From Cirrosporium novae-zelandiae (taxonomy: Eukaryota), in assembly GCA_026023565.1 (NCBI GenBank), contig JAPETS010000017.1, positions 248,001 through 312,000 on the forward strand: a stretch of DNA of 64,000 bases. Direction: 5' to 3'. The translations under genes were made by a program, and so were the position numbers. The notes below the pieces were generated by a model. That model made no database searches and had not been told where the DNA came from. It saw only the letters and a list, made by a program, of their open reading frames with translations. Positions 63,917 to 64,000 of this stretch are shown one piece after another (the first letter of the stretch is position 1; each line of letters begins with the position of its first letter).

Positions 63917-64000
63917 CTGTTGATATCAAGTATTAGCATCGAACCTCGACGAAAGTAGTATCGTCGTTTTGGCAGTGAAGCAGTGATTTCTCCGTTGTTG

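Noticed and set aside
1..64000. tRNA, rRNA, TPP riboswitch and TGA-CTA peroxisomal readthrough signals
   Set aside because: By-eye search found no convincing cloverleaf or riboswitch core, and no TGA-CTA at the stop codons I checked. tRNAscan-SE and Rfam searches would be needed to exclude them formally.

Overview
Eukaryotic DNA from a filamentous ascomycete (Pezizomycotina): about 22 protein genes with short spliceosomal introns, which I reconstructed by hand from splice signals and family motifs. In order: CFEM-like secreted protein (truncated by the window edge), PMP3, CsbD-like stress protein, EFM7/NNT1, a conserved hypothetical, an F-box protein, KTI12, a COS1-like C2H2 factor, USE1, group I G-alpha (fadA/gna-1), a DUF1771-Smr protein with a CaaX box, a 699-aa orphan, SIN Cdc14/SepM, GGPP synthase, PCC1, Cdc14 phosphatase, an NmrA-like protein, a YOX1-like homeobox factor, a flavin amine oxidase, a conserved Pro/Ser-rich protein, a CECR5-like HAD hydrolase, REX3, and a possible terminal exon at the right edge. 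I found no tRNA, rRNA, CRISPR array or recognisable transposon. This is mostly core genome and I cannot demonstrate a new biological system. The best leads are: (1) 9 of 34 modelled introns end in AAG or GAG, apparently chosen by distance from the branch point; (2) a cell-cycle neighbourhood (SepM, Cdc14, Yox1) with forkhead and MCB motifs; (3) a G-alpha whose receptor-contact ends have diverged and which has a stop-free in-frame intron; (4) the orphan ORF; (5) the 6.5-kb gene-free region upstream of the C2H2 factor. Family calls come from recalled motifs, not database searches.
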